NCBI RefSeq assembly: GCF_001194135.2
Contig: NC_068981.1
Span: forward strand, 190,973,555 to 191,037,554
Reading direction: 5' to 3'
Source: Octopus bimaculoides
Lineage: Eukaryota
Length of the DNA stretch: 64,000 bases
Shown one piece after another: positions 1 through 11,911 of the stretch. The position numbers were made by a program, and so were the translations under genes. Positions within the stretch are counted from its first letter, which is position 1. Every line of letters starts with the position of its first letter. The notes below the pieces were generated by a model. It was given only the letters and a program-made list of their open reading frames with translations. It was not told the origin of the DNA and searched no databases.

Positions 1-374
1 CTTCCCAACCACATGGTTCTGGATTCAGTCCCACTGCATGGCACCTTGAGCAAGAGTCTTCTACTATAGCCTCAGGCCAACCAAAGACTTGTGAGTGGAT
101 TTGGTAGACAGAAACTGAAAGAAGCTTGTCGTATATATATATTATATTATATTATATTATATTATATTATATTACAGGCATTACTACACGTAAATGCCTC
201 ACGCTATGAGGGACTCTTAAAGTCAAAACTACCTTAATAAATATACAGTGTACCGACAACGAGGGAATATAACTTGGAAGTCACCTCTTAAAAACAGATT
301 CAGCCGCAAATCACATGATTTCATAGTTAGTGTACATAATCCACTTTCTAATCATCAGACACACAAACATATAC

Positions 375-447
<73 letters not shown>

Positions 448-607
448 TCCCTGTAACTTAGTGGTTCGGCCAAAGAGACTGATAGAATAAGTACTAGGCT
501 TACAAAGAATAAGTCCTGGGGTCGATTTATTTGACTAAATGTCGGTGCTCCAGCATGGCCGCAGTCAAATGACTGAAACCAACAAAAGAATAAAGAAAAG
601 AAAGAAT
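1..607 (+). mobile_element. Head-A/alpha SINE, 5' end cut by the window edge, with a microsatellite-expanded linker
   Basis: Head at 1-131 (TTCAGTCCCACTG..GAAACTGAAAGAAG) and alpha tail at 444-607 (CAGCATGGCCGCAGTCAAATGACTGAAAC..AAAGAAT); both recur many times in the window. Confidence 0.9.
380..444. repeat. (GT)n microsatellite
   Basis: Perfect GT run. Confidence 0.99.
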
Positions 608-1004
608 GTTACTTTTTAGTTTGCTCCTTCCAAATCTACATAAATATATATACTTAACCTAACATTAAATTATTCTTGAGGGAATGACAGTTGAATGTGA
701 AACTAATCATATTATAGCAACTGGTTGACAGGCATTGATGCATACATAGCATTCTTGTTGCTAAGAAGGGTTTCTGTTCAGTGAAATATAACTTAAGATT
801 ATAATCGCACATTATGACAATAACCAACAAATCATATTGTTTGGGCTCTATGATCCGATCTGCCATTGAACTTCTTTTATTGCTGTGTTTTAAAAGTGCC
901 TTGTCAAAAAACTGTTGTTTATTTTCTTGATCTAAATTCTCATAAAATATGGTGTCTGATAATAACGTATCTATTCATTCTTAATGGATCTGTTCACTCT
1001 GGCA

Positions 1005-1230
1005 AAGGTGGTACACTGGCAGGATCGTTGGCTTACTGGGAAAAATGCTTAGTGGAATTTTGTCTGTCTTTATGTCCTGAGTTCAAATTCTGCCGAGGTC
1101 AGCTTTGCTTTTTGTCCTTTCAGAGTCAATGAAATAAGTACCAGTTGAGGACTGAGGTTGCTTTAATCAACTTACACCCCACGGCCAAAAGAATAATTTC
1201 TGGCCTTGTGCCAAAATTCAAAATCAGTAT
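1005..1230 (+). mobile_element. Head-B/gamma SINE, diverged
   Basis: CTGAGTTCAAATTCTGCCGAGGTC..AATAAGTACCAG..GGCCTTGTGCC. Confidence 0.8.
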
Positions 1231-1272
1231 TCATTCTGGCAGCATCAAATGTGAATAGCTAATCACTTTTGC

Positions 1273-1529
1273 TTTCAGGAGCTGGAGAATGACTCTTCCC
1301 ATCAGACAACATGTTCATAACACATGGGATTTACCCCTTCACTGATGTAAGGGGTCTTTGAGATACCAGTCTTCTTTTTGTGAGATTCAACAGTCCAGCC
1401 ATGGGGTAGCTTTGACTGAGGAGACATACAAGATTGAAACACCACAATCTCTCAAAATCTTCTCATACTGGTGAACTATGTGTTATGAACACATTACCTG
1501 AAGGGAAGGGGCATTCTCTGGTGATGAAA
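1273..1529. mobile_element. Fold-back MITE-like element with long imperfect terminal inverted repeats
   Basis: TGTTCATAACACAT (1312-1325) vs ATGTGTTATGAACA (1478-1491); complementarity extends outward through CAG, CTTCCC and GAGAATG to about 1273/1529. Confidence 0.65.
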
Positions 1530-1551
1530 AACATCATCAACCAAATATTGA

Positions 1552-1761
1552 CCCTTTAGCATTACTGTGACGTAATGCTTATTTATTCACATTGTCTTGA
1601 ATTAATCATGCATTATTTGATAGCTTCAACATTTCAATAGTGTGGTTGTTTATTTTTAGAATGACATTATAGGTTAAGTGTGAGAAGCTGGATCTGACCC
1701 GACTGAACATAAGACAGGCAGAATCTTTGGGCTGGATGTGGCTGGTTTAAATGCTGAAGGG
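1552..1761 (+). mobile_element. piggyBac-type MITE, family P1
   Basis: CCCTTTAGCATT..AATGCTGAAGGG termini; degenerate TTAA (TTGA on the left); homologous to 6823, 20323 and 58724. Confidence 0.75.
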
Positions 1762-1914
1762 GATATATTCATATATGCCAGAATATATCAAGAATGAATA
1801 GATTCATTATTGATTGGATTCTTGCTGTTCTCCATTTATCCTCTGAATTTTTATGATGTAAAATACTTTATATTTTAGTATACTTCACAGCATTTGTGAG
1901 GTATATTAAGACAC

Positions 1915-2047
1915 ATTCTGGTTGCTTACTTTCTGATTACATATCTTGCTGAAGCCAACTTCAGAGTTAGTAAAGTACCAGTCAAATACTGGCATTCATT
2001 TAACTACAAAACCCTACTTCCATAAAGTTTCAGGTGTTGTGCCTATC
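1915..2047 (+). mobile_element. Degenerate head-B/gamma SINE 3' part
   Basis: AAAGTACCAGTCAAATACTGG..TTTCAGGTGTTGTGCCTA. Confidence 0.45.
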
Positions 2048-2283
2048 ATCATCATCATCATCATCATTATCATCATCATTTAATGTCTGTCTTCCATAAG
2101 GGCATGGGTATGAGTAGTTTGACAGGAGCTGGCTAGCTGGAGAGCTGCACCAGACTCCAACTGTCTGCTTTAATATGGTTTCTACAGCTGGATGCCCTTC
2201 CTCATATCAACCACTTTATAAAGTGTACTGGGTGCTTTTTACATGTCTGCAGCACCCATTGTGTTGCCAAGTAGCTTACAAGA
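2045..2283 (-). mobile_element. C element (RTE 3' tail)
   Basis: (CAT)n followed by TTTCTACAGCTGGATGCCCTTCC. Confidence 0.85.
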
Positions 2284-2363
2284 CGAGGACTTGTGTTAGA
2301 AATAATTTTAATACACAACTGTTTCAAAAATTGACAATATACTTTTTTCTTTATACATTACAG

Positions 2364-2413
2364 GAAATTTGATTCTGCAAATAAAACTACTTTCCATATA
2401 AAAGTAAAAGTTG
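2364..2413 (+). CDS. Candidate 50-nt internal coding exon of an unidentified gene (xKFDSANKTTFHIKVKVx)
   Basis: Polypyrimidine tract plus TACAG acceptor, G|GTAAGT donor, only one open frame (phase 2 in, phase 1 out), non-repetitive sequence. Confidence 0.55.
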
Positions 2414-2957
2414 GTAAGTAATTAATATTTTTATATTTATATTTTGATGGGTTTTTTTTTGTTTTGTGGGATGGTTTTTTCTTTCTTTTTTTTCATTTTT
2501 TTTTCAGAATATAATAACTTCATGCTGTAATACCATTCTTTTAATATTTTCTTTAATTAAAAACTTTAAATGTCAAAATAGAAAAAAGTTTCAAGAGTAA
2601 ACAAATTCTAATTGAGTTTTGTATTGCAGCCGAATAAACAGTGAGGACTATCAAGTAATGAGAATAAATAGAGAGGATATGAAAATGATTAATTCTCCAC
2701 TACTACTACTACTACTACAGGTCATAACATTGATATAGGTCATAGTTGAGAATAACATATGTACTATTGAATAGGGGAGCAATAAAAGGATGGGGTGGGG
2801 GTGGGGGTATTAATGAAGATTTAATGGATAGAGTTACATTTTAAAGCAGTAATTATGGTGAGATAATGTATTAATAAATATCTCAGACATTTGTTGTAGA
2901 AAGCTGTTAAAGAAGACATAATCTATTTAATAACCAAAAACCAAAAGTAGGATGTAC

Positions 2958-2959
<2 letters not shown>

Positions 2960-3016
<57 letters not shown>
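2960..3016. repeat. (TAT)n microsatellite
   Basis: Perfect trinucleotide run. Confidence 0.98.
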
Positions 3017-3384
3017 GATTTTACCTCAGTTAGTAATTGATTGAAAGGTTACAAGTGAGTCTACATCATTTCATTTAATGCTATCTGTGAGGTTACTCAA
3101 CCATGTAATATGATGTCTACTAAATTACATATCTGCTCTCATAATCACATGGTTTGTTGCTCTTGGATTTCTTCATTTTTAATGGCTAATTCAGAGGAAG
3201 AGGAACAATACCCATGATTCTTTGCAAAGGTTCTGAGGCTGGTGGAATCATGTTATGCCCAGACTGGAGACCTCACATGAATGCTTGAAAGAGATTAGAG
3301 TAAAGTACCTAAAAGACCAGGTGTTGGTGGCAGTGTTAATCCAGGTAACAGATTAATTCCAGTACCCAAGAACACAGGTGGTTT

Positions 3385-3527
3385 CCCCTGATGGTCTTCC
3401 ATACATTTGCTGCTTACCAAATTGCACTCACAAGGCTATATGGTAAAAGACATTGGTTCTGGGAGTTGTGCAGTGATATTGAACCCAAGCTAATGGAATT
3501 GTTAAGTAAACTTCTTAAACACATGTG
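3385..3527 (-). mobile_element. Degenerate head-A SINE
   Basis: CACTCACAAGGCT..GAACCCAAG..AACTTCTTAAACAC. Confidence 0.55.
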
Positions 3528-3724
3528 ATTGAGAAGGTATGAAAAATTCATCACAAATTATACAAGAACTCTTTATGATGCTGATGTAGCGCTGTTACAT
3601 GCAAGAGAGAACCTAACTATCCATTTATGAGTGGAGGAACATACATTAAATTGAGGGGTAATAATGGTAGCGCAATTAAATTGAGGAGAAATAATGGTTA
3701 TATAATTGGTATTTGTGACACACT

Positions 3725-4252
3725 CTCTAGAGGTGGAGATCATTTTAATAAATCAGGATTTCATGTTGTATTTGATGTACCTGTATTTGTCTGTGTTGGT
3801 CATATATGTGCTACAAGCCACTCTGAGATATTTCTCCTCACTCATATTTGTTTAATTTATGCAAATTACTTTGATCATAAATGTGCTATACTCTTGTCTA
3901 TGTCTGTCTCTTGACTACTGAAGACAGGTGAGGAGAATTGTCATGCTGATGATGATTACTGAGGCAGAAACATGTGGACATAACTGTCCATTAGTTCTCT
4001 TATCTCCAGATAATAATCTTGTCTTTTTCCTTAATGGTGTAGCAAGTTTGGAGAAACCTTGATTCTTTGATAATATCTCCCCTTCTCACACACAGTTGTT
4101 CTTAATTAAACATCCTCTAGAGGTAGAGATAATTTTAATAAATCAAGAATTTATATTGTACAGTATTTGATATACCTGTATTTGTCTACATTGCTGATAT
4201 ACATGCCTCTGGCCACTCTGAATTATTTCTCTTAGCTCATTTTTGCTCTATG
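3725..4252 (+). repeat. Local direct duplication of about 135 bp (3725-3860 and 4115-4252)
   Basis: CTCTAGAGGT(G/A)GAGAT(C/A)ATTTTAATAAATCA..ACCTGTATTTGTCT..GCCACTCTGA in both copies. Confidence 0.85.
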
Positions 4253-4689
4253 TATATGTATATCTATCTATTGTGCCCCTCCTCTTTACCACTGTACAAT
4301 TCCATTGATATAATGAAGGAAAACATTGCATCTGTCCCTACTCAGTCATCCATACTACCACCTGAACCTCTCCATTTTCCTTTCTTCCTCTACCTGCTGC
4401 CATCACTGTCTCTTTTATTAATCCCCACCACCTCTTGTCTTCTTTTCCATTTCTACTTATAGGGGTATCTCACCCATTTCTCCTTCCTTTTCTACATTGT
4501 CTCTCCTATTATTTTATCTCCCCTCTCATACTTTAACTTTTTTCTCCCTCTTATCTTAATTTCATCTTCAGCAGTCATCCTCTCTTCCCTGAGTTTCATC
4601 ACCTTGAATGAACAAAGACAACATAGAACAGTGAAGCCCCTTTTATCTTGCTAGGTACAAGGTAACCTCACTAACACAGGGGCCATAGT

Positions 4690-5010
4690 AAAATAATGCC
4701 CATTACACTCTGACAAAAATTGTGAATAAGTAGGCACAACATAAGATAAGAGAATCCTACAGTCTTGTCAAGGACATGACAACCTTTTTAGTGCTGGGTC
4801 CTTGGTAAAATACACTCAGCTCATTTTGTAAACTGGTTGTTCTTATGAAGGGCGTCCAACTGTAGAGACCATGTCAAAACAGAACATATGAGAGATGCAG
4901 TTTGAGCCATCTACAAGGGCAGTAACTCTAAATGGGAGCCAACCTGAACCATGATAATTTGTGCAGCCCATGCCAGCTCACACTTTCAGGCCTCAGATCA
5001 TGCATCTATT
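4690..5010 (+). mobile_element. Degenerate RTE-like 3' tail
   Basis: GAAGGGCGTCCAACTGTAGAGACC..CCCATGCCAGC resembles the C tail. Confidence 0.45.
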
Positions 5011-5054
5011 ACTTGACATTTGCCCTTGTCTATCTCAAAGTCATATGGGGAGGA

Positions 5055-5360
5055 ATTCCAACCACGTTTTGTGGTTCACTATATCAACAGCTCCTTTATA
5101 GGATCCAGTGGCTAAGGACATCAGGAGGAACCGTGTCTGGTTTCGGCCCCTACTCCTCTACTATTTTCAATGTGGCAGGGTACCCCCACCTTTCGGAGGT
5201 GTCTTCAGCTCTTGTGTTGAGTGCGTTTTTTTCTTTTGTCTTGGCGTTTCATTTTTTTGGTTTCTTTAATGCAGCATCAATGGATGTCAGTGGGAAAATT
5301 TCCCTCTAAATACTCACTGGTAGGCTCCAGCAGCCAGCACCAGCTAACTGTCACTTGACA
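5055..5360 (-). mobile_element. Probable 5' end / ORF1 start of a LINE-like element, copy 1
   Basis: Homologous to 59952-60278; minus frame reads DAALKKPKK*..KNALNTRAEDT with stops. Confidence 0.6.
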
Positions 5361-5447
5361 ATATTTAATATATTTACATTAAAGTCTTATTTAATTTTAC
5401 AATTGTTGTATTATTTCAAGACTTAGTTGCTCAATCTGTATATTTAA

Positions 5448-5669
5448 CCCTTTCGATACCGACCCACCTGAAACCGCCTCTGACTCTGTAGTACAAATGT
5501 CTTGTTTTCAAAAGTTCTCGATTAAAATCTTCCACCAAACCTTAGTCACAATTTATGTTCCTAACACTAGTTTAATGATAACTAAGTTATTTTACTGAAT
5601 TCTTTGTTATATTCAAAATTAATTGAAAGAAACACAGAGCATCTCAACAGAAATATGCTAACAAAAGGG
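5448..5669 (+). mobile_element. piggyBac-type MITE, family P2, with intact TTAA target-site duplication
   Basis: TTAA|CCCTTTCGATACC..GCTAACAAAAGGG|TTAA (TTAA at 5444-5447 and 5670-5673). Confidence 0.85.
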
Positions 5670-6029
5670 TTAAAGGGATCATCATTGAATCAAATATTAA
5701 TGATAGAAATGTTAAACTTCCACAGCGCTGAGAATTAGAAGAGCATAGGTACAACCACAGTCTTGCTAAGTATTTCTGAAGACAAGAATGTCCAGAGATT
5801 AATCAGAAAATAACTACTGTACTGAGATGGAATGACCAAGATGGAATTGTTTTAGCAGCCAGACATTTTTTTGACAGTATCTAGACAGTTATTTGTTAGC
5901 ATAAATCAATGGTCAGCTGCTAGAAATAAGTAAGCTCCTTTATCTGTCTTGTGTTAGTCAAAAAACAAAAATGACGGTGTCATTCTTGGTCAGCAAGTAT
6001 AAGCTATATCCAGCTTGACTTCTGACAAG

Positions 6030-6100
<71 letters not shown>

Positions 6101-6111
6101 CCTCTCTCTCT
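6030..6111. repeat. (CT)n microsatellite
   Basis: Near-perfect CT run. Confidence 0.98.
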
Positions 6112-6278
6112 CCTGTTTGTGTATGAGACTAAAAAGCAAACTAGATGCCAGCCAACAATGCGGACTGCAATACAAGTACCAGTAATATACTGGTGTTGTC
6201 CCATTCACCCAAATTACTCTTCCCTATGAAATTCACCTGCAGTATAGTTCATCATTGCTACTTGTAGTGAGGATTGCG

Positions 6279-6286
6279 TGACGTCA
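6279..6286. promoter_or_regulatory. Full CRE palindrome TGACGTCA next to an ETS-like ACTTCC
   Basis: Exact motif with retained CpG in non-repetitive sequence; function not shown. Confidence 0.3.
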
Positions 6287-6822
6287 GACACTTCCTAGTC
6301 AAAACACAATCCACCTAAGTCATGATTTGTGTATGGACAAGTTAACATTTGTGTCTGCATGAATGTGTGTGTGTTGTGTTGTGTGTGTATTGTGTTGTGT
6401 GTGTGTGTGTGTGTGTGTCTTTCATCTATGTTGGTTGGCAAAGGAAGCAAACATCAGTAAGGAAACAAACAAAAGAGAGAAAAGCAGTCCTTCGGTATAT
6501 TTGTTCTGCATTAATTTCAACAAGGGATTGGTCACATCATCATAGACCCCCTTGTCAGGGACCTATGTGGCTATCCAATGGAGTGGATAAGCACCTGAAA
6601 CAATTTTGAGAATTAAGTGGATTGAATTATTAATGAATTGAATCTGAAAGAGCATAGAAAATTTAAGGCTCAAAATAATTTATTTTCTTGCTAAATATCG
6701 ATGCAATAACTTGTATTCACCAAACATTCATTTCACATTAAATATTGCAACTATTCCAATATCGTATGAGTGAATTTTTGTTGTTTATTAATTCTTTAAT
6801 GATTTTCATTAAATTTCTTTAA

Positions 6823-7042
6823 CTCTTTAGCATTCAGATTATCCTGTCACATGTAATGTTTATTTAGTCACATTGTTTAGAATTAATCATGCATTACTTT
6901 GTAGCTTCAAGATTTCAGTGAAGTAATTGTTTAATTTTAGAATGACAATGTAGGGTAGGTTTGATAGGCCAGGTCTGGCCAGTTTGAACATAAAACAATT
7001 TGAATATTTGGGTTGGATTTAGCCAGTTTAAATGGTAAAGGA
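6823..7042 (+). mobile_element. piggyBac-type MITE, family P1
   Basis: TTAA|CTCTTTAGCATT..AATGGTAAAGGA, TTAA at 7044-7047. Confidence 0.8.
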
Positions 7043-8121
7043 TTTAATGTTTATTATATTTAAGAAGTAATGATGCAAAAGAATGAAGGAATTATCAATT
7101 TTAAGTCAAGAAATATTTTATTAATTTTACTTCTTAATCCTATTTTAGAAATTTACATGGATATCCATAAGTTATAAGCGATTGCATGAAAGGGTCCATA
7201 ATTCAAGGAGTTTACCAACCCCTGATTTAGACACTCCCTATTCACTCTCATACTCACAAATGAAATCAGTGATTGGCCTTTTGGCATCTGGTTATCAATC
7301 AGGGTATTAACTCTGTTGCACTGTGTTCTGAGTATAGCAGAAATAGTCGAAACACAATCTCTAACGGATTCCCGTTAGGTGGTAATGAATAACACATGTA
7401 GAAAATACTAAAAACAAACAAAATTGCAGCTTTGTAGTCAAGTGTGTTTATAACTAATTTTTAATGGCATCCCCCATAACTATTGTTTATCTTAGTTTTT
7501 AATCGGAAAAATCAATGGATTTTTTTGTGATGAAACAAAATTCTGATGAACCCCAGCACTTCATCTGGTAAATGAGTTAGGCCTAGACTCTTTACAGTCG
7601 AGGAAATTATTGATATTTATTGTTTGGGTGAAGTTAACTCTTATGCAGACAATGAGTGTGATTTGGACAAATGATGAAAGAAAGTAGTGACTTGGGCGAG
7701 CGAACAAATAGTTGAGAGAAATGCCTATTTTTGTTATTCACCTGAATTTTTTTGTGATTCTATCCATTAGTTTGCTTGCAATTGTTACTCTTGAGCTGTG
7801 TGTTCAGCTATTTATTTTTTGCTTAGGAGCCCAGGTGGAGGGTGAGGTTAGACACAGGGGTCCAGGTCTAAGAGGATTAACCATATAGATTAAATTCTTA
7901 CACATGCACATTTTCTCTAATGTACTTTTAGCATAAATTCAATAAGTTCTCTGGAAGATTTTCTTTCTAAAGATGGAAAAAAAAGGAAAGAACTTACTAG
8001 TAAACACAATCGGGTTTTAGTTGATGACTATATTCTTCACAGTTTATTCCAAATTCATATTTGTTATTCAAAATTATTTTTTAAGATTGATTTCCTATTT
8101 GCTAATTTTTTTATTCTTTAG

Positions 8122-8202
8122 TGGAGTCCAGTTGATTTGTCCAAAAAAGAAATACGATCTAGTTGCACTTACAATGATGCAGGCTGTCGGCGAAAACATT
8201 AA
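8122..8202 (+). CDS. Candidate terminal coding exon (phase 0: WSPVDLSKKEIRSSCTYNDAGCRRKH*)
   Basis: CTAAT branch point at 8102, T-tract and TTTAG acceptor; CpG retained in Arg codons; AATAAA at 8265-8270 then a GT-rich tract; reading frame uncertain. Confidence 0.45.
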   Translation, partial: WSPVDLSKKEIRSSCTYNDAGCRRKH

Positions 8203-8264
8203 TCTTAAGAATGTTTTTCAATGATTCAAGTCTGTGGTGCAAAAATACAAAATATTCTTCAAAC

Positions 8265-8270
8265 AATAAA
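8265..8270 (+). promoter_or_regulatory. Candidate polyadenylation signal
   Basis: AATAAA about 60 nt after the candidate stop, with a GT-rich element downstream. Confidence 0.3.
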
Positions 8271-8562
8271 GAAAGGAGCAAATTGAAAAGATGAATCAGA
8301 ATTTCGGTTAATGTGTCAATGTTTCTTTAATTTGGAAATGCCAAAGATTTTTGCTTTTCTTTCTACTCTATTACAATGGTACTTATATTGAACTCCATAA
8401 ATTATGATAATTTCTCTAAATTCTTGAAATGTCTTGAGGCTTTGTATAAGGAATGTTTGTTTGCAGTTTAAAAATATTGAATTAAGCTTTTAATTCCTCA
8501 AAGGTATATCTTTGCATATTTTTATAAATTCAGTTTTATTTTTTCTAACATAATTATCTTCG

Positions 8563-8926
8563 TTTATCTTTTACTTGTTTCAATCATTAGACTACGGCCA
8601 TGCTGGGGCACTGCCTTGAACAACTTTTAGTCAAATGAATCAATCCCAGTTTGGTTGTTTTTTTGTTTTTTTTTTATAAGCCTGGTACTTATTCTGTTGG
8701 TCTCTTCCTGAACTGCTATGTGATAGAGATGTAAACCAGCCAACACCAGTTGTCAATCAATGGTGGGCAACAAAGACTGACACAAAGAACGCCTATCAAC
8801 CCCACTTGCAAGGCTTTGGTCAGCCCGAGGCTATATCATATAAGATGCTCGCCCAAGGTGTCACACAATGGGACTGAACCTGGAATCATGTGATCAGGGA
8901 GCAAGCTTCTTACCACACAGCCATGC
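8563..8926 (-). mobile_element. Head-A/alpha SINE
   Basis: Reverse complement of both head and alpha tail. Confidence 0.9.
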
Positions 8927-10021
8927 AAGTGTCCTTGCTTAAGCAAAGACACAATGTACTGACTTGTCCAGGAATCAAGGCCATGTTCTTTTGACAATGA
9001 ACCCTATAGGCTAACCAGCCTGTAGGAATATTTGAACTGTTGGACATGTACACACTGATCTAGTGTAAAAGACCAAGAACACTCAGCTCCAAAGGTAATG
9101 CTTCTGCATGGAAGTGACATTGATAACTAAAAGTAAAAAAAAGTGAAAAACAAGCAAAAAAAACCAAAAACCTTTTTGATTGTGACACGGTTGATAGGTT
9201 TCTAAGCCGTAGCTGATGTCTGTGATTCCCTGTTGTCTGTTCAGCTTATATGAACTAACATTATTTTATCCTATAATCATGTACATCGTATTTGTCCTCT
9301 CAGTTTTCAAAAGTTAAAACCACTGTCCACATTTTAATGTAATATGCTGCTAGATTTCAAAGCCAAAGTATAATAACGTTTTTTTTATTTTTATTTTTAT
9401 TTTTTGCTGTTTTTTTTTGTTGTTGTTGTTGAAATAACCGACAGACCTTTTTATTCATCATCAAAGTGAAATTTCTCTAAACTTGATGTCGGTGCAGACT
9501 TGGACACTACACTACCGTTTGTTGTTTAGCTGTTTTTACTATTTGTACATTAGGCTTTTAAATAAAAATGTGTTTTAATACGAGACTCTCACAACTAGAT
9601 TTCTCTTTAAAAATAAAAAAAAATAATAAAAAAAAAATACAAAAGGATTTCCATTTATTCAATTACTAGAAATAATTAATCATCAAAGACAAAAAAATAA
9701 AAAAGTTTTTTTCATATTTGACTTTTTTAACACTGATAATTCTCTTCTTTGGAAAAACTAATTATGCGATTATTAGGAATCCTACTGCTGTATAATTTTG
9801 ATAAGGAAGACAAAATTCTGATGAATTAGCAACTTCATAAACTGTCTAAAACTATGCAAAGTGTATTTATTTATTTATTTTGTTCTTCCTAAACCAATCA
9901 GTGATTATATGTTGCTCGGTAGTTATTGTTTATAGTCCAGTGATTACAATTTCTTAATCAGTAAATTATTTCTACACTGTACTACCATTCGCCAATATAA
10001 TTTGTGCTATCAACTATTATA

Positions 10022-10350
10022 AATGGTATTGGCAGACTTGTTAGCACACCAGGCAGTGTGTTCACTGACATTTCATTGGTCTTTCTTTGCGTTCTGGGTT
10101 CATATTCCACTAAGATCAACTTTGCTTTTCATCCTTTCAGGGTCATCATCATCGTTTAATGTCCGCTGTCCATGCTAGCATGGGTTGGATGATTTGACTG
10201 AGGACTGGCGAACCAGATGGCTTCACCAGGCACCAATCTGATCTGGCAGAGTTTATACAGCTAAATGCCAGTTAGGTGTTGGGGTCAGTGTTATCAACTA
10301 GCCCTCTCCCCAAAATGTCAGGCCTTGGCCTGTAGTAGAAAGGATTATTA
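10022..10350 (+). mobile_element. Head-B/gamma SINE interrupted by an antisense C element
   Basis: B sequence stops at CAGGGTC (10142) and resumes at CCAGTT (about 10269). Confidence 0.8.
10143..10268 (-). mobile_element. C element (short RTE 3' tail) nested in a B SINE
   Basis: ATCATCATCGTTTAATGTCCGCTGTCCATGCTAGCATGG. Confidence 0.85.
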
Positions 10351-10391
10351 TTATTATTTTCTCTTTATCACAGCTTTTGTTGGAGCTCCTG

Positions 10392-10625
10392 GGGCCTTAC
10401 GTGCATAGCGGGCTTGCCAGATGGCTGCACCAGGCTCCAATCTGATCTGGCAGTGTTTCTACAGCTGGATGCCCTTCCTAACGCCAACCACTCCAAGAGT
10501 GTAGTGGGTACTTTTATGCGCCACCGTCACGGAGGCCAGTCAGGTGGTACTGGCAACGGCCATGCTCAAATAGTGTTTTTACATGTCACCTGCACAAGAG
10601 CCAGTCCAGCGGCACTGGCAACGCC
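10392..10625 (-). mobile_element. C element fragment lacking the extreme 3' tail
   Basis: CTACAGCTGGATGCCCTTCCTAACGCCAACCACTCC. Confidence 0.85.
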
Positions 10626-11344
10626 CAATGAAAGGAAGAAAATGGAGAATTATGGATGTTTAAATAATTTATTTGTATGATATAATGAGGTTGAAATGTT
10701 TTTTTATAAAAACAATACAAAAAATCATAAATTATAAAGCTCTAAAAGAAATGGCAGATGCCATAATTCCTAGCATATCGCTCAGACTTTCTCCTTATAT
10801 AAATTTTTGGATTATTTAATCCCTAATGAGGACCTGACATCCTCGAATTAACTGCAACAACATGGTTGCAGACCAAATTTAAAATCAGAGCCATGCCTGT
10901 AGCTGCCAGGAATAGTTGCTTAGTCAACTGGGATAGTTACCTGTGGCAGATTAGTCTCCAATCCATGGGGATAGCTAATTGCTATTTGCTTAAATACCTT
11001 GAAGTAACAGAAAAACACATTCTATTAAGAATTAACTTCATTATAATATTTCTAATGTTAAATGATGATGAATTAGGTCTGAATTTTCTCCATTATCTGT
11101 GTTTGGATTAGCTAATTTGTAAGTGTAGATTACTTACAATTGGACTTGTATGTTTAAAGTGTTCATTGTGTGTTCCATATTCTAAAGAAGTACTACGACC
11201 ATCCATAGCTGTCACAAGCAAATATCACTTAGGAGCATGTACCAAGCTTTCATTAATTGTTTTAGGCCACAAACAGCCTCTTCGCTTTCCTAACTTTTGA
11301 CCCAGTAGAATATAGAGGATGTGGGGAGTAAAGGAAGAGAGGAT

Positions 11345-11487
11345 TGCACCAGCACCCAACTAGCACACAACACAAAATGAAGTGCTTTGCTCAAGGATAT
11401 AACACACAGCTCTCATTGGAAAGTGAACCTGTAACCTTATGATTGTGAGCTTACCATCCTAAGCCACTAGGCCTCACATCTTCACAA
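11345..11487 (-). mobile_element. Degenerate E SINE
   Basis: AAGTGCTTTGCTCAAGGATATAACAC..AAGCCACTAGGCC. Confidence 0.55.
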
Positions 11488-11911
11488 AGAAGTCTTAGAA
11501 CAATAATTACTTTTGTTTCTTATAGAGAAGTGATTTAAATGCATTAGCACAATGTTAATACCAACTGTTGGTTTCTGTCTTTTCTATTAGTTTCAAGGCT
11601 AGCCAGTGTATGCAGCTGACAGCACACATTAACAACAAGGAGACAGTCAAATGAGCATCTATTCCACAGAAATATATCAGACAGCAGTATTGAAATGGCT
11701 CTTAGTTTATATCGCATTACTTGATTGGTTTATTATAGACGTGATAACACTTCTAAAACTAGATAAAGTATTATGCTTTTCTTAAAATTGAATAACTAAT
11801 TTTACTAAGCTTGTGCAATAATTAATTTTGTTGTGTTTGTGTGGTGTTTAATTTATGCACTATTAGTTACTAAAGCTATTATATATAATAGTCTTTTCTT
11901 TGATAATCAAT

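Noticed and set aside
5180-5210. Hammerhead ribozyme core (CTGAAGA-stem) in the LINE-like 5' fragments; also partial cores near 7329 and 63851
   Set aside because: GAAA does not follow stem II at the required position, and stems I and III cannot be closed canonically
7361-7378. CTAACGG-ATTC-CCGTTAG hairpin as a Helitron 3' end or terminator
   Set aside because: No CTRR terminus at the expected distance and no second copy; a 7-bp stem is expected by chance in 64 kb
11591-11723. Selenoprotein-like exon (SRLASVCS-TGA-QHTLTTRRQSNEHLFHRNISDSSIEMALSLYRIT*)
   Set aside because: No resemblance to selenoprotein families I know and no SECIS-like hairpin recognised downstream; simpler to read the TGA as a stop or as chance
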